A DNA stretch of 64,000 nucleotides from Candidatus Gemmiger stercorigallinarum. Lineage in GTDB: Bacteria; Bacillota; Clostridia; Oscillospirales; Ruminococcaceae. The stretch spans positions 57,738 to 121,737 of the forward strand of contig DWWX01000020.1 of the NCBI GenBank assembly GCA_019119495.1, written 5' to 3'. A program made the position numbers and the translations under genes. Below, one piece after another: positions 1 through 11,940 of the stretch (positions are counted from its first letter, which is position 1; each line of letters opens with the position of its first letter). The notes under the pieces were generated by a model. It was not told the origin of the DNA and did not search any database. It worked only from the letters and a program-made list of their open reading frames with translations.

Positions 1-352
1 GCAGCAGATCGTGCAGATGTCCTCCGGCGTGGTGCTGGACGACGGCGTGCGCACCGCCCCCTGCGTGATCCACGTGGTCACCGACGAGCCGGAGCGCACC
101 GTGCTGGAGATCACCCTGCACGAGGGCAGAAACCGCCAGATCCGCCGCATGTGCGAGGCCGTGGGCCTGGAAGTGGTGCGCCTGAAGCGCAGCGCCGAAG
201 GCCCTGTCAAACTGGGTATGCTCCAGCCGGGGCAGTACCGGGAACTGAAAAAGAGCGAGGTCACGGCGCTGAAGTCGGCGGCACGCCAGGGGCGTGCAAA
301 ACAGGACGGGGAAGCCCGCCCGCGCCGCCGCGGCCCCATCGGCCGCGGCTGA
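1..352 (+). CDS. Pseudouridine synthase, RsuA/RluB family (C-terminal part, truncated by window edge)
   Basis: Motifs ITLHEGRNRQIRRMCEAVG and V.RLKR typical of RsuA/RluB C-terminus. Confidence 0.85.
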   Translation, partial: QQIVQMSSGVVLDDGVRTAPCVIHVVTDEPERTVLEITLHEGRNRQIRRMCEAVGLEVVRLKRSAEGPVKLGMLQPGQYRELKKSEVTALKSAARQGRAKQDGEARPRRRGPIGRG

Positions 353-418
353 GGACAGCCGGCCGGCCAAAATGCGTGGAATCTTGTACAATCTGCACAG
401 TTTTTCTGTGAAAAACAC

Positions 419-447
419 TTGCCGGGCCGCCGGCAAAGTAGTATAAT
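419..447 (+). promoter_or_regulatory. SigA-type promoter of carboxyltransferase operon
   Basis: TTGCCG-17 nt-TATAAT upstream of GGGAGG RBS. Confidence 0.7.
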
Positions 448-503
448 CCAAGTGTATGGCATTCCGCAAACTATTGCGACAAGACAAATAGGGAGGTTCC
501 TGT

Positions 504-1826
504 ATGGCAGCAAAAAAAACGGGCAAGGAGCAGATCCTTGCGCATTTTTTTGATGAAGGCACCTGTTCGCCCCTGTTTTCCGAGGGGGCGGTCAGCGCCG
601 CATTTGGCTGTGCCAACGGGCAGACTGCATATGTGATCTGCCAGAACGGCAGCCCGGTGGGGGTCAAGGACATTGACCGCACCATCCGCGTGCTGGAAAT
701 GGCCGCCGAGACCGGCAACCCGGTCGTCACTTTCTATGATTCCACCGGCGCAATGCTGGAGGGCGGCCTGGACCTGCTGACGGCCAATTCCCGCCTTTCG
801 GCTCAGATCGCCCGCATCTCCGGCGTGGTGCCGCAGATCGCGGTGGTCACCGGCACCTGCGCGGGGTCTTCGGCCATCCATGCGGCGGCCGCCGACCTGT
901 GCATCGTTGCCAAGGGCGCCGAGCTGTTTTTGACGGCCCCCTTCAACAGTGAGGACAAGGTCGCGGACGCCGGCAGCGCAGAGTTTGCCGCCCGCGCCGG
1001 CGTGGCCGCCGTGCTGGCGGATGACGCCCTGGCCGCCGCATCCCTGGCCGCCAAGCTGGTGGGCATGCTGCCCGGCAACAACCTGGCCGGCCCCGCGGTG
1101 TTTGATTTTGCCGCGCCCAAGTCCAGCCTGAACCTGGCCAAGTATGTCCCCGCCGAGGCCGCCGCCGCGCTGGCCGATGAGGGCAGCCTGGTGGAGCTGT
1201 ATGCCGGCTACGGCAAGACGGTCTGCACCGCGCTGGGCACCATCAACGGCACTGCTGTGGGCGTTATCGCCACCGGCAAGGAGGGCATGGATCACCGCTG
1301 CACCGCCAAGACCGCCCGTTTTGTGCGGATGTGCGATGCATACAGCATCCCGGTGGTCACTGTTGTGAACACCGAGGGCCTTGTCCGGAGCGATTTGGAC
1401 GACCAGGCCGGCGGCATCCGTCAGGCGGCCCGCATGGCCGGCGTCTACGCCGAGGCCACCACCGTCAAGGTGGCTGTGCTGGCCGGCGAGGCCGTGGGCC
1501 CTGTCTACACCGTGTTTGCCGCGCCCGCAGACTGGCGCATCGCGGTGCAGGGCTGCACCGTTGCGCCGCTGGCACCGGAGACCGCGGTCAGCGTGCTGTA
1601 CAAGGACGAGATCTACGCCTCTGACAACATCGTCAAGGCCACCGAGGAAAAGGCTGCCGCCTACCGCGCCGAGGTCTGCTCGGCCCAGGCCGCCGTGGCT
1701 GCCGGCGCTGCCGACGCGGCTGCCGCCGCTGCCGACGTCCGTGCCCAGGTGGCGCAGGCGCTGGATATGCTGTCCAGCAAGCGCGCCGTGCGCCTGGCCA
1801 AGAAGCATGGCAACATCGCGCTGTAA
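504..1826 (+). CDS. Acyl-CoA carboxyltransferase-domain protein (MmdA/12S-like, divergent)
   Basis: SGVVPQIAVVTGTCAG, ARFVRMCDAYSIPVVT and C-terminal KKHGNIAL; GGGAGG RBS. Confidence 0.85.
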   Translation: MAAKKTGKEQILAHFFDEGTCSPLFSEGAVSAAFGCANGQTAYVICQNGSPVGVKDIDRTIRVLEMAAETGNPVVTFYDSTGAMLEGGLDLLTANSRLSAQIARISGVVPQIAVVTGTCAGSSAIHAAAADLCIVAKGAELFLTAPFNSEDKVADAGSAEFAARAGVAAVLADDALAAASLAAKLVGMLPGNNLAGPAVFDFAAPKSSLNLAKYVPAEAAAALADEGSLVELYAGYGKTVCTALGTINGTAVGVIATGKEGMDHRCTAKTARFVRMCDAYSIPVVTVVNTEGLVRSDLDDQAGGIRQAARMAGVYAEATTVKVAVLAGEAVGPVYTVFAAPADWRIAVQGCTVAPLAPETAVSVLYKDEIYASDNIVKATEEKAAAYRAEVCSAQAAVAAGAADAAAAAADVRAQVAQALDMLSSKRAVRLAKKHGNIAL

Positions 1827-1871
1827 CAACGATACTTTACGCTTCCCATAACTGCAAGGAGGATGACCCCT

Positions 1872-2264
1872 ATGAAAAACCTTACCGTCACCGTCAACGG
1901 CGTTGCGTATCAGGTCACCGTTGAGGAAAATACCGGCGCTCCCGCTGCACCCGCTGCCGCACCGGCGGCAGCGCCCGCGCCTGCCGCGGCCGCTGCCCCG
2001 GCTGCTCCCGCTCCCGCCGCTGCGCCTGCCGCGCCGCAGGGCCCTGCCGGCGCCGTTGCCATCAACGCGCCCATGCCGGGCAACATCCTGGATGTGCGCG
2101 TCGCTCCCGGCGACAGCGTCAAGGCCGGCGACACGCTGCTGATCCTGGAAGCCATGAAGATGGAAAACGAGATCTCGGCCCCGCAGGACGGAACTATCGC
2201 CACCATCGATGTCCGCAAGGGCGACACCGTCAGCTCCGGCGACCTGCTGGTCACCATGAACTGA
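1872..2264 (+). CDS. Biotin carboxyl carrier protein
   Basis: EAMKM biotinylation motif, Ala/Pro linker, N-terminal VTVNGVAYQVTVEE; AGGAGG RBS. Confidence 0.95.
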   Translation: MKNLTVTVNGVAYQVTVEENTGAPAAPAAAPAAAPAPAAAAAPAAPAPAAAPAAPQGPAGAVAINAPMPGNILDVRVAPGDSVKAGDTLLILEAMKMENEISAPQDGTIATIDVRKGDTVSSGDLLVTMN

Positions 2265-2322
2265 CCGCCGCGCAAACCCGATCCACATCCGCCTGCACAG
2301 CGGAAGAATGAGGTGAACCAGA

Positions 2323-3726
2323 TTGGCTAAGAAACCGATTAAAATTACCGAGGTCGTCCTGCGCGACGCCCACCAGTCCCTGCTGGCGACCCGTATGACC
2401 ATGGACGAGATGCGGCCCATCCTGCCCGAAATGGACAAGATCCCCTATTTCTCGGTGGAATGCTGGGGCGGCGCAACCTTTGACTCCTGCATCCGCTTCT
2501 TGGACGAGGACCCCTGGGAGCGTCTGCGCATCCTGCGCAAGGAGCTGCCCCACCAGAAGCTGCAGATGCTGTTCCGCGGCCAGAATATGCTGGGCTACCG
2601 CCCCTATGCCGACGACGCAGTGGAATATTTTGTCCAGAAGTCTGTTGCCAACGGCATCGACGTCATCCGTATTTTTGACGCGCTGAACGACCCGCGCAAC
2701 CTGGAGACTGCCATCAAGGCGGCCAACAAGGAGGGCGCCCACGTCCAGGCCTGCATCAGCTATACCTTGAGCCCGGTGCACAACAATGAGTATTTCGCCC
2801 AGTATGCCAAGACGCTGGAAGAGATGGGCGCAAACTCCATCTGCATCAAGGATATGGCCGGCCTGCTCAAGCCCTACACCTGCTATGACCTGGTGAAAAA
2901 GCTGAAGGAGACGGTCAGCATCCCCGTTGACATCCACAGCCACTACACCGCCGGCCTGGCTTCCATGTCCATCCTCAAGGGCATCGAGGCGGGCGCCGAC
3001 ATCATCGACACTGCCATGAGCCCGCTGGCGCTGGGCACTTCCCACATGCCCACCGAGAGCCTGGTGGCCGCCCTGCAGGACACCGACTACGATACCGGCC
3101 TGGATCTGAACCAGCTGAACGTGGTGCGCAACTACTTCAACAAACTGCGCGAGAAATACATCGCCAACGGCCAGATCAGCCCCAAGAGCCTGGGCGTGGA
3201 CGCCAACACCCTGCTGTACCAGGTGCCGGGCGGCATGTTCTCCAACATGCTCAAACAGCTGAAGGACGCCGGCAAGGAGGACAAGCTGGACGAGGTGCTG
3301 AAGGAGATCCCCCGCGTGCGCGAGGATGCCGGCTACCCGCCGCTGGTCACCCCCACCAGCCAGATCGTCGGCACCCAGGCGGTGTTCAATGTCATCATGG
3401 GCGAGCGGTACAAGATGGTCACCAAGGAGTTCCGCGGCCTTGTCCACGGCGATTACGGCAAGACCCCCGCGCCCATCAAGCCGGAGTTCCAGGCTATGAT
3501 CTTGAAGGGCGAGAAACCCATCACCTGCCGCTTTGCCGACACGCTGGAGCCGGAGATGGACAAGCTGCGCGCCGAGGCCGCCAAGTATGCCATCCAGGAG
3601 GAGGACGTGCTGACCTACGCCATGTTCCCGCAGGTCGCACCCAAGTTCTTCGAAAAGCGCAACGCCCGCATCCAGGGCGTGGACGCGCTGCATGCCGACT
3701 ACGAGAAAAAGAGCCATCCGGTCTGA
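2323..3726 (+). CDS. oadA: Oxaloacetate decarboxylase alpha / pyruvate carboxyltransferase (no biotinyl domain)
   Basis: LRDAHQSLLATR, ECWGGATFD, IKDMAG, HSH, QVPGGM, PPLVTPTSQIVG; TTG start after GAGGTG. Confidence 0.9.
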   Translation: MAKKPIKITEVVLRDAHQSLLATRMTMDEMRPILPEMDKIPYFSVECWGGATFDSCIRFLDEDPWERLRILRKELPHQKLQMLFRGQNMLGYRPYADDAVEYFVQKSVANGIDVIRIFDALNDPRNLETAIKAANKEGAHVQACISYTLSPVHNNEYFAQYAKTLEEMGANSICIKDMAGLLKPYTCYDLVKKLKETVSIPVDIHSHYTAGLASMSILKGIEAGADIIDTAMSPLALGTSHMPTESLVAALQDTDYDTGLDLNQLNVVRNYFNKLREKYIANGQISPKSLGVDANTLLYQVPGGMFSNMLKQLKDAGKEDKLDEVLKEIPRVREDAGYPPLVTPTSQIVGTQAVFNVIMGERYKMVTKEFRGLVHGDYGKTPAPIKPEFQAMILKGEKPITCRFADTLEPEMDKLRAEAAKYAIQEEDVLTYAMFPQVAPKFFEKRNARIQGVDALHADYEKKSHPV

Positions 3727-3919
3727 TCCGGCCTGCAGCATCCGGCCGTAAGGCCAGACCTGTAAAGTACGCGATCCCCGCCCTGTCAGCCTGCCTGCCG
3801 GGGCGGGGATTTTTCTGCCGGCATCACCGGACCCGGCTGCCGAAACGGCCCGCGGCGGCGGGGTGGGGACTTGACGCGGAGTAAAAAACAGAAAAATTGC
3901 AGGAATTTGCGGCAAGGTA

Positions 3920-3949
3920 TTGACTTTTGCCTGGTGGATGTGGTAAGAT
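3920..3949 (+). promoter_or_regulatory. SigA promoter of tRNA cluster
   Basis: TTGACT-18 nt-TAAGAT with TG extension. Confidence 0.6.
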
Positions 3950-3981
3950 ACCTCTCGCAGCACGCCCCAGGCAAGAATCGT

Positions 3982-4055
<74 letters not shown>

Positions 4056-4065
4056 TCCTTTATGT

Positions 4066-6359
<2,294 letters not shown>

Positions 6360-6363
6360 GGGC

Positions 6364-6392
6364 TTGCCTTGGGCATTGCAAGGACGTATAAT
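6364..6392 (+). promoter_or_regulatory. SigA promoter of lysA
   Basis: TTGCCT-17 nt-TATAAT. Confidence 0.7.
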
Positions 6393-6508
6393 ATAAGCCA
6401 TATTGTATAAAAACTCTGCTCGTGATTGTGCAAATCGCCCTGTGGGAAGGGGAGAACGGGCAGCCAGCGGAAGGGAACAGCCCCCTTCTGCCGAAAGGGG
6501 AAGAAAGT

Positions 6509-7780
6509 ATGTCACAGAAAAGGCCGTTCATCACGCTGAGCCAGGCGCAGGACATCCTTGCCGATGTGCCCACGCCGTTCCACCTGTATGACGAGAAGGG
6601 CATCCGCGAAAACGCCCGCCGCGTCAACCAGGCTTTTGCCTGGAACAAGGGCTTCAAGGAATATTTCGCCGTCAAGGCCACGCCCAACCCCTATCTGCTC
6701 TCTATCCTGAAGGAGGAGGGCTGCGGTGTGGACTGCTCCAGCTATACCGAGCTGCAGCTGTCCGAAGCCTGCGGCTTTGCCGGCAGCGAGATCATGTTTT
6801 CCTCCAACGACACCCCGGCCGGGGATATGAAAAAGGCCTACGACCTGGGCGCTTTCATCAATCTGGACGACCTGACCCATGTGGATTTCCTGGCCAAAGT
6901 GGCCGGCGTGCCCAAAACGGTGTTCTGCCGCTACAATCCCGGCGGCACCTTTGATTTGGGCAACGGCATCATGGACAACCCCGGCGACGCCAAGTACGGC
7001 ATGACCGAAAACCAGATGGCCGAGGCCTACACCCGCCTGATGGCCATGGGCGCCAAGGAGTTCGGCATCCACGCTTTCCTGGCCAGCAACACCGTCACCG
7101 ACGATTACTATCCGGAGCTGGCCGGCATCCTGTTTGAGCTGGCCGTCCGCCTGCACAAGCGCACCGGCGCAAAGATCAAGTATATCAACCTGTCCGGCGG
7201 CGTGGGCATCGCCTACCGCCCCGAACAGCGGGAAAACGACATCCTGGCCATCGGCGAGGGCGTGCGCAAAAAGTTTGAGGAGATCCTGGTACCGGAGGGC
7301 ATGGGCGACATCGCCATCTTTACCGAGATGGGCCGCTTTATGCTGGCGCCCTACGGCTGCCTGGTCACCACTGCCATCCACGAAAAGCACATCTATAAAG
7401 AGTACATCGGCGTGGACGCCTGCGCGGCCAACCTGATGCGCCCGGCCATGTACGGCAGCTACCACCACATCACCGTGCTGGGCAAGGAGGACGCCCCCTG
7501 CGACCACAAGTACGACGTCACCGGCGGCCTGTGCGAGAACAACGACAAGTTTGCCATCGACCGCATGCTGCCCAAAATCGACAAGGGCGACATTCTGGTC
7601 ATCCACGACACCGGCGCCCACGGGTTCTCGATGGGCTATAACTACAACGGCAAGCTGCGCAGCGCCGAGGTGCTGCTGAAAGAGGACGGCTCCCACCAGC
7701 TGATCCGCCGCGCCGAGACCCCGGCCGACTACTTTGCCACGCTGGACTGCACCCCTTACTACAAAAAACTCAAGCTGTGA
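6509..7780 (+). CDS. lysA: Diaminopimelate decarboxylase
   Basis: PTPFHLYDE, FAVKA (PLP lysine), LCENND, DTGAHG. Confidence 0.92.
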   Translation: MSQKRPFITLSQAQDILADVPTPFHLYDEKGIRENARRVNQAFAWNKGFKEYFAVKATPNPYLLSILKEEGCGVDCSSYTELQLSEACGFAGSEIMFSSNDTPAGDMKKAYDLGAFINLDDLTHVDFLAKVAGVPKTVFCRYNPGGTFDLGNGIMDNPGDAKYGMTENQMAEAYTRLMAMGAKEFGIHAFLASNTVTDDYYPELAGILFELAVRLHKRTGAKIKYINLSGGVGIAYRPEQRENDILAIGEGVRKKFEEILVPEGMGDIAIFTEMGRFMLAPYGCLVTTAIHEKHIYKEYIGVDACAANLMRPAMYGSYHHITVLGKEDAPCDHKYDVTGGLCENNDKFAIDRMLPKIDKGDILVIHDTGAHGFSMGYNYNGKLRSAEVLLKEDGSHQLIRRAETPADYFATLDCTPYYKKLKL

Positions 7781-8037
7781 AGGCAGGGCAGGGCCTGCCG
7801 CGGCGGATGGAAATGCCCGGAGTATATTTTCCTGACGCTGTACAAAATTGCTGCGACAAGGGCGCTGTGCTCTTGATCTTATAGCCGCTTTGACCCTGTG
7901 CGCAAAACGGATGCGGCCTGGCGGGAGATGATAGAAGCGGATTTTCGGATCGACGCGTGATTCCAAACTTCATAAAATGATCTGGCCTTTTTCTCTTTGA
8001 AAAAGACAAACATCAAACATTGAGGTTGGAATAAACG

Positions 8038-9702
8038 ATGATACGATATTTTCAAAAAGGCCGAATCTCCGGGATCGGCTACATTCTCTGTGTTCCGGTT
8101 TCCTGCTGGGTGTCGGTGCGCTTTGCCCTTTCCGCGCAGCCGGTCCTTGACAGCGTGCTGGGCATGGATGAGTCTATGTTCCAAAAGGGGGCCTTTGCGT
8201 TTGCCTTTTGGGGGATGCTGGACGCCTGCCTGCTGCTTTTTATGGAGCTGCTGCGCCTCCGGCTTCTAAAGCGCATCGGCATCGCTTTGAAGGACGACCT
8301 GTGCGGTGCGGTCCTCCGGATGAGTTATCAGGCGTATGCCGCCAAGGACAGTGACGCCCTATCTATCTTGACCAACGATGCCAAAACGGTTTCCAGCTGC
8401 TATTTCGCCTCGCTGCTGGCGCTGTACCGGGTGGTCTGGAGTTTCCTCTTCTCGGCCTTTACAGCGGCCAGTCTCAGCCCGGCGATCACAGCCGTCGTTC
8501 TGCTGGCCGGCGCGGTCTCGGTGCTGGTCCCCCGCTTTTTGGGCGGGCGGATCGATCGGTTGCAGCTGAACCTGTCTGACCAAAAAGAGACGTACAGCAA
8601 GCTGATACAGGACATGCTGGATGGCTTCTCCACCATCAAAACGATGCGGGCGGAGCGATTTTTTGCCCAAAAGCACCATCGCAGCAGTGCCAAAACCGAG
8701 GAGCTGGAATGCCGGGTCGATGCTGGCCTGTATTTTGCTGCCTGGTTTTCGGGGGTGTGCAGTTCCGCCGCCTATATCGCTACGCTGCTTTTGGGCGGCG
8801 CGCTTGCGCTGCGGGGGCGCATGACCGCCGGGCTGGTCGTCAGTATTTCACAGCTGATCGGCGGGGTGGTGGCGCCGCTGGAGCAGGTGCCGGCGCTTTT
8901 GGCCCGGATGCGTTCAGTGGACTCTGTCCGCAAAAAGTGCGGACAGCTGCTTGCCACCCGGTCAGCCGGACCGCTCCCGCATGGCGCGGGCGAGAGCCTG
9001 CTGTGCAAAAGCGCAGCATTCCATTACCCCGGCACGCGCAATGGTGTTGAAAATGTCAGCTATGCGTTCCAAATGGGAAAGAAATATTTGTTGGCCGGCG
9101 CTTCCAGCAGCGGCAAGTCCACGCTAGGCCGGCTGGTGGCCGGGCTTTACCGCCCTGAGGCAGGCGACATACAATACCCCCGCGCCGCTGCCGGAAAAAG
9201 CGGCGTGCTGTATGTGGATCAGAAAGCCCATGTGTTCCGGGATACGCTGCGCAATAACATTGCGCTTGGCGACCTATACCCGGACAGTGAGATTTGGGCG
9301 GCGCTGGACCAATGCTGCCTGACCGGGTTTGCCGCAAAGCTCCCGCACGGTCTTGACGAGGTTTTGCGGGAAAACTATTCCTGCTCCGGCGGCGAGGCCG
9401 CCCGGCTCAATCTGGCAAGGGCGGTCCTGCGCAGGCCCAAAATCCTGGTGGCCGACGAGATCACCGCAAACCTGGACGCCCGCACGGCAGAGCACATCGA
9501 CGCGATGCTGGCCGCGCTGCATGGCGTACTCCTCATTACAATCACCCACAACATCAGCCGGGATCTGGCAGCGCGGTACGATGCAGTCCTGTATCTGGAA
9601 AACGGCCGGCTGGCCGGCAGCAGCCCCCCGCATGGCCTGCAGGAACAAAACGGCATGCCTGGCTGTCTGCCGCACAACGGGCAGAAGGCTTGCACGGTTT
9701 AA
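8038..9702 (+). CDS. ABC exporter, fused TMD-NBD
   Basis: N-terminal TM helices; Walker A GASSSGKS, CSGGE signature, ILVADE Walker B, ITH switch. Confidence 0.85.
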   Translation: MIRYFQKGRISGIGYILCVPVSCWVSVRFALSAQPVLDSVLGMDESMFQKGAFAFAFWGMLDACLLLFMELLRLRLLKRIGIALKDDLCGAVLRMSYQAYAAKDSDALSILTNDAKTVSSCYFASLLALYRVVWSFLFSAFTAASLSPAITAVVLLAGAVSVLVPRFLGGRIDRLQLNLSDQKETYSKLIQDMLDGFSTIKTMRAERFFAQKHHRSSAKTEELECRVDAGLYFAAWFSGVCSSAAYIATLLLGGALALRGRMTAGLVVSISQLIGGVVAPLEQVPALLARMRSVDSVRKKCGQLLATRSAGPLPHGAGESLLCKSAAFHYPGTRNGVENVSYAFQMGKKYLLAGASSSGKSTLGRLVAGLYRPEAGDIQYPRAAAGKSGVLYVDQKAHVFRDTLRNNIALGDLYPDSEIWAALDQCCLTGFAAKLPHGLDEVLRENYSCSGGEAARLNLARAVLRRPKILVADEITANLDARTAEHIDAMLAALHGVLLITITHNISRDLAARYDAVLYLENGRLAGSSPPHGLQEQNGMPGCLPHNGQKACTV

Positions 9703-9829
9703 GGCAGGGCCGCGGCCAAGACGCTTGACCGGACCGGTGTGGCTGCAGAAAAGACGCCGCACGACGCCAAACACCGGAAACCGCCCGCGCGCCCGGCCAA
9801 AATAACCGCCGTGCGCCGGAAAAAAATAC

Positions 9830-9858
9830 TTGCATTCGCAGTTCGTTTGTGATATTAT
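9830..9858 (+). promoter_or_regulatory. SigA promoter of rplS
   Basis: TTGCAT-17 nt-TATTAT with TG extension. Confidence 0.7.
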
Positions 9859-9914
9859 ATTTTAGCGTTAGCGCCGCCGGCCCCACCGGCGGGATAATGA
9901 CAACATCATTAAAC

Positions 9915-9952
9915 AGGCGGTCCTCTGCCGAAATGATCGGGTATGAACGTCG
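9915..9952 (+). ncRNA. Ribosomal protein L19 leader (putative)
   Basis: GGCGGTCCTCTG...ATGAACGTC hairpin just before rplS RBS, resembling the Firmicutes L19 leader. Confidence 0.65.
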
Positions 9953-9972
9953 AAACAAATGGAGGAACATTC

Positions 9973-10314
9973 ATGGACGCATTCAAAACGCTCACCGAGG
10001 GCATGATCAAAGAAAACCAGCCCAAATTCGAGATCGGCGATACCGTCCGCGTCTCCGTCCGCATCAAGGAAGGCGACAAGGAACGTATCCAGGCTTTTGA
10101 GGGAACGGTCATTGCGAAGAAGCACGGCGGCATCGCCGAGACCTTCACCGTCCGCCGCACTTCCTATGGTGTCGGCGTCGAGCGCGTGTTCCCGGTCAAC
10201 AGCCCGTTCGTCGAGAAGGTCGAGGTCGTTCGCCGCGGCAAGGTCCGCCGTGCGAAGCTCTTCTACCTGCGCGGACGCACCGGCAAGGCTGCCAAGGTCA
10301 AGGCTCGCATCTGA
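9973..10314 (+). CDS. rplS: 50S ribosomal protein L19
   Basis: [35 protein letters not shown]. Confidence 0.98.
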   Translation: MDAFKTLTEGMIKENQPKFEIGDTVRVSVRIKEGDKERIQAFEGTVIAKKHGGIAETFTVRRTSYGVGVERVFPVNSPFVEKVEVVRRGKVRRAKLFYLRGRTGKAAKVKARI

Positions 10315-10324
10315 GTACAAGAAG

Positions 10325-10357
10325 AAGGGGAGGACGGCGCATTGTCCTCCCTTTTTC
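10325..10357 (+). terminator. Intrinsic terminator after rplS
   Basis: AAGGGGAGGAC...GTCCTCCCTTTTT. Confidence 0.65.
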
Positions 10358-10409
10358 TGTTTTGTGCGGCAAAACCGCATAAACCTGCAGGAACAGGAGG
10401 GCTTTGGAA

Positions 10410-10946
10410 ATGGACAAACGGCAAACGGCCAACCGCGGCCTGCTGGAATGGGTCGATTCCATGGTGGTCGCCGCGGTGCTGCTGGCGCTGGTATTCACCT
10501 TTGGCGTGCGCATCGTACAGGTGGACGGCACCTCCATGAACCCCGGCCTTCAAGACGGGGAACGGCTGCTGCTTTCCAGCCTGCCCTATGAGCCGGAATA
10601 CGGCGACGTGGTGGTGATCGACAGCTACACCGACTACGGCAAGCTGCTGATCAAGCGTGTGATCGGCATGGAGGGCGACGTTATCGACATCGATTTTCAG
10701 ACCGGCGTCGTCTACCGCAACGGCCAGCCTCTGGACGAGCCTTATACCGCTGAGCCCACCTATCTGTCCGAGGGCGTTGCCTTCCCGCTGACCGTGCCGG
10801 ACGGCATGCTGTTCATCATGGGGGACAACCGCAACAACTCCAAGGACAGCCGCTCGCCGGAGATCGGCTGTGTGTCTGCAGGGGATGTGCTGGGGCAGGC
10901 GGTTCTGCGCCTGACGCCTTTCGACAAATTCGGCGCGATCTCGTAA
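10410..10946 (+). CDS. lepB: Signal peptidase I
   Basis: One TM helix, GTSMNP (catalytic Ser), LIKRVIG (catalytic Lys), GDNRNNSKDSR. Confidence 0.95.
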   Translation: MDKRQTANRGLLEWVDSMVVAAVLLALVFTFGVRIVQVDGTSMNPGLQDGERLLLSSLPYEPEYGDVVVIDSYTDYGKLLIKRVIGMEGDVIDIDFQTGVVYRNGQPLDEPYTAEPTYLSEGVAFPLTVPDGMLFIMGDNRNNSKDSRSPEIGCVSAGDVLGQAVLRLTPFDKFGAIS

Positions 10947-10986
10947 CGGGACCGCCCGCATGACCAAACGACAGGAGGAGATCCCG

Positions 10987-11940
10987 ATGGAAGATATGGC
11001 GGGGGTCAACCGCCGGGTGATCCAATGGTTCCCCGGCCACATGGCCAAGACCCTGCGCATGATGGAAAAGGAGATCCGCAACGTGGACTGCGTTTTGCAG
11101 ATCCTGGACGCGCGCATCCCGCTTTCCAGCCTGAACCCGGAAATCGAGCGCATCACCAGCGGAAAGCCCCATCTCTATCTCTTGAACAAATCCGACCTGG
11201 CCGACCCGGAGATCACCAGGCAGTGGCTTGCTTACTTCAAATCTGCCGGCGCCGGCTGCCTGGCGGTGGACGCCCGGCAGAAAAAAGCCGCCAATGCGGT
11301 GCGCGGGCCCATCCTGGCCGAGCTTTCGGCGCTGATCGCCCGCCGCCGCAGCCGCGGCATGGCCGGCGCCCGCACCCGCGTGATGGTGGTGGGCATCCCC
11401 AACGTGGGCAAATCCACCTTTATCAATTCCTTTGCCGGCGAAGCCCGCGCCAAGGCGGCCAATAAGCCCGGCGTCACCCGCGGCAAGCAGTGGATCACGG
11501 TGGGGGACTTTGACCTGCTGGACATGCCCGGCGTGCTGTGGAAGAAGTTCGACACGCTGGAGACCGCCACCAACCTGGCTTTCATCGGCTCCATCCGGGA
11601 CGACATTCTGGACATCGAGGAGCTGGCCTGCGGCCTGCTGAGCAGCGTGCGCACCATTTACCCCCAGCGCCTGCTGGAACGCTACAAGCTGGACGAAAAC
11701 GCGCTGGATCTGCCCCCCTACGACCTGCTTTTGGCCATCGGAGCCAAGCGGGGGATGCTGGTCTCCGGCGGCGAGGTGGACGCCGAGCGGGCCGCCCGGA
11801 TGCTGGTGGGGGAGTTCCGCGCCAGCAAATGGGGGCGCATCTCGCTGGAGCGCCCGCCCCGGCCCGCGGCGCAGGACGTCGACCGGGTGGAGGACGAGCC
11901 AGCCCCCGAAAAGGAGGAAGCCGATGCCCCGCAAGAGTGA
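10987..11940 (+). CDS. rbgA: Ribosome biogenesis GTPase RbgA/YlqF
   Basis: [30 protein letters not shown]. Confidence 0.96.
   Translation: MEDMAGVNRRVIQWFPGHMAKTLRMMEKEIRNVDCVLQILDARIPLSSLNPEIERITSGKPHLYLLNKSDLADPEITRQWLAYFKSAGAGCLAVDARQKKAANAVRGPILAELSALIARRRSRGMAGARTRVMVVGIPNVGKSTFINSFAGEARAKAANKPGVTRGKQWITVGDFDLLDMPGVLWKKFDTLETATNLAFIGSIRDDILDIEELACGLLSSVRTIYPQRLLERYKLDENALDLPPYDLLLAIGAKRGMLVSGGEVDAERAARMLVGEFRASKWGRISLERPPRPAAQDVDRVEDEPAPEKEEADAPQE

Noticed and set aside
1935-2050. Low-complexity GCC/CCC repeats
   Set aside because: They encode the normal Ala/Pro linker of the biotin carrier protein.
6399-6508. Canonical lysine riboswitch before lysA
   Set aside because: Has AAGGGG and GCCGAA fragments but the leader is too short and lacks the 5' AGAGG motif and five-helix layout.
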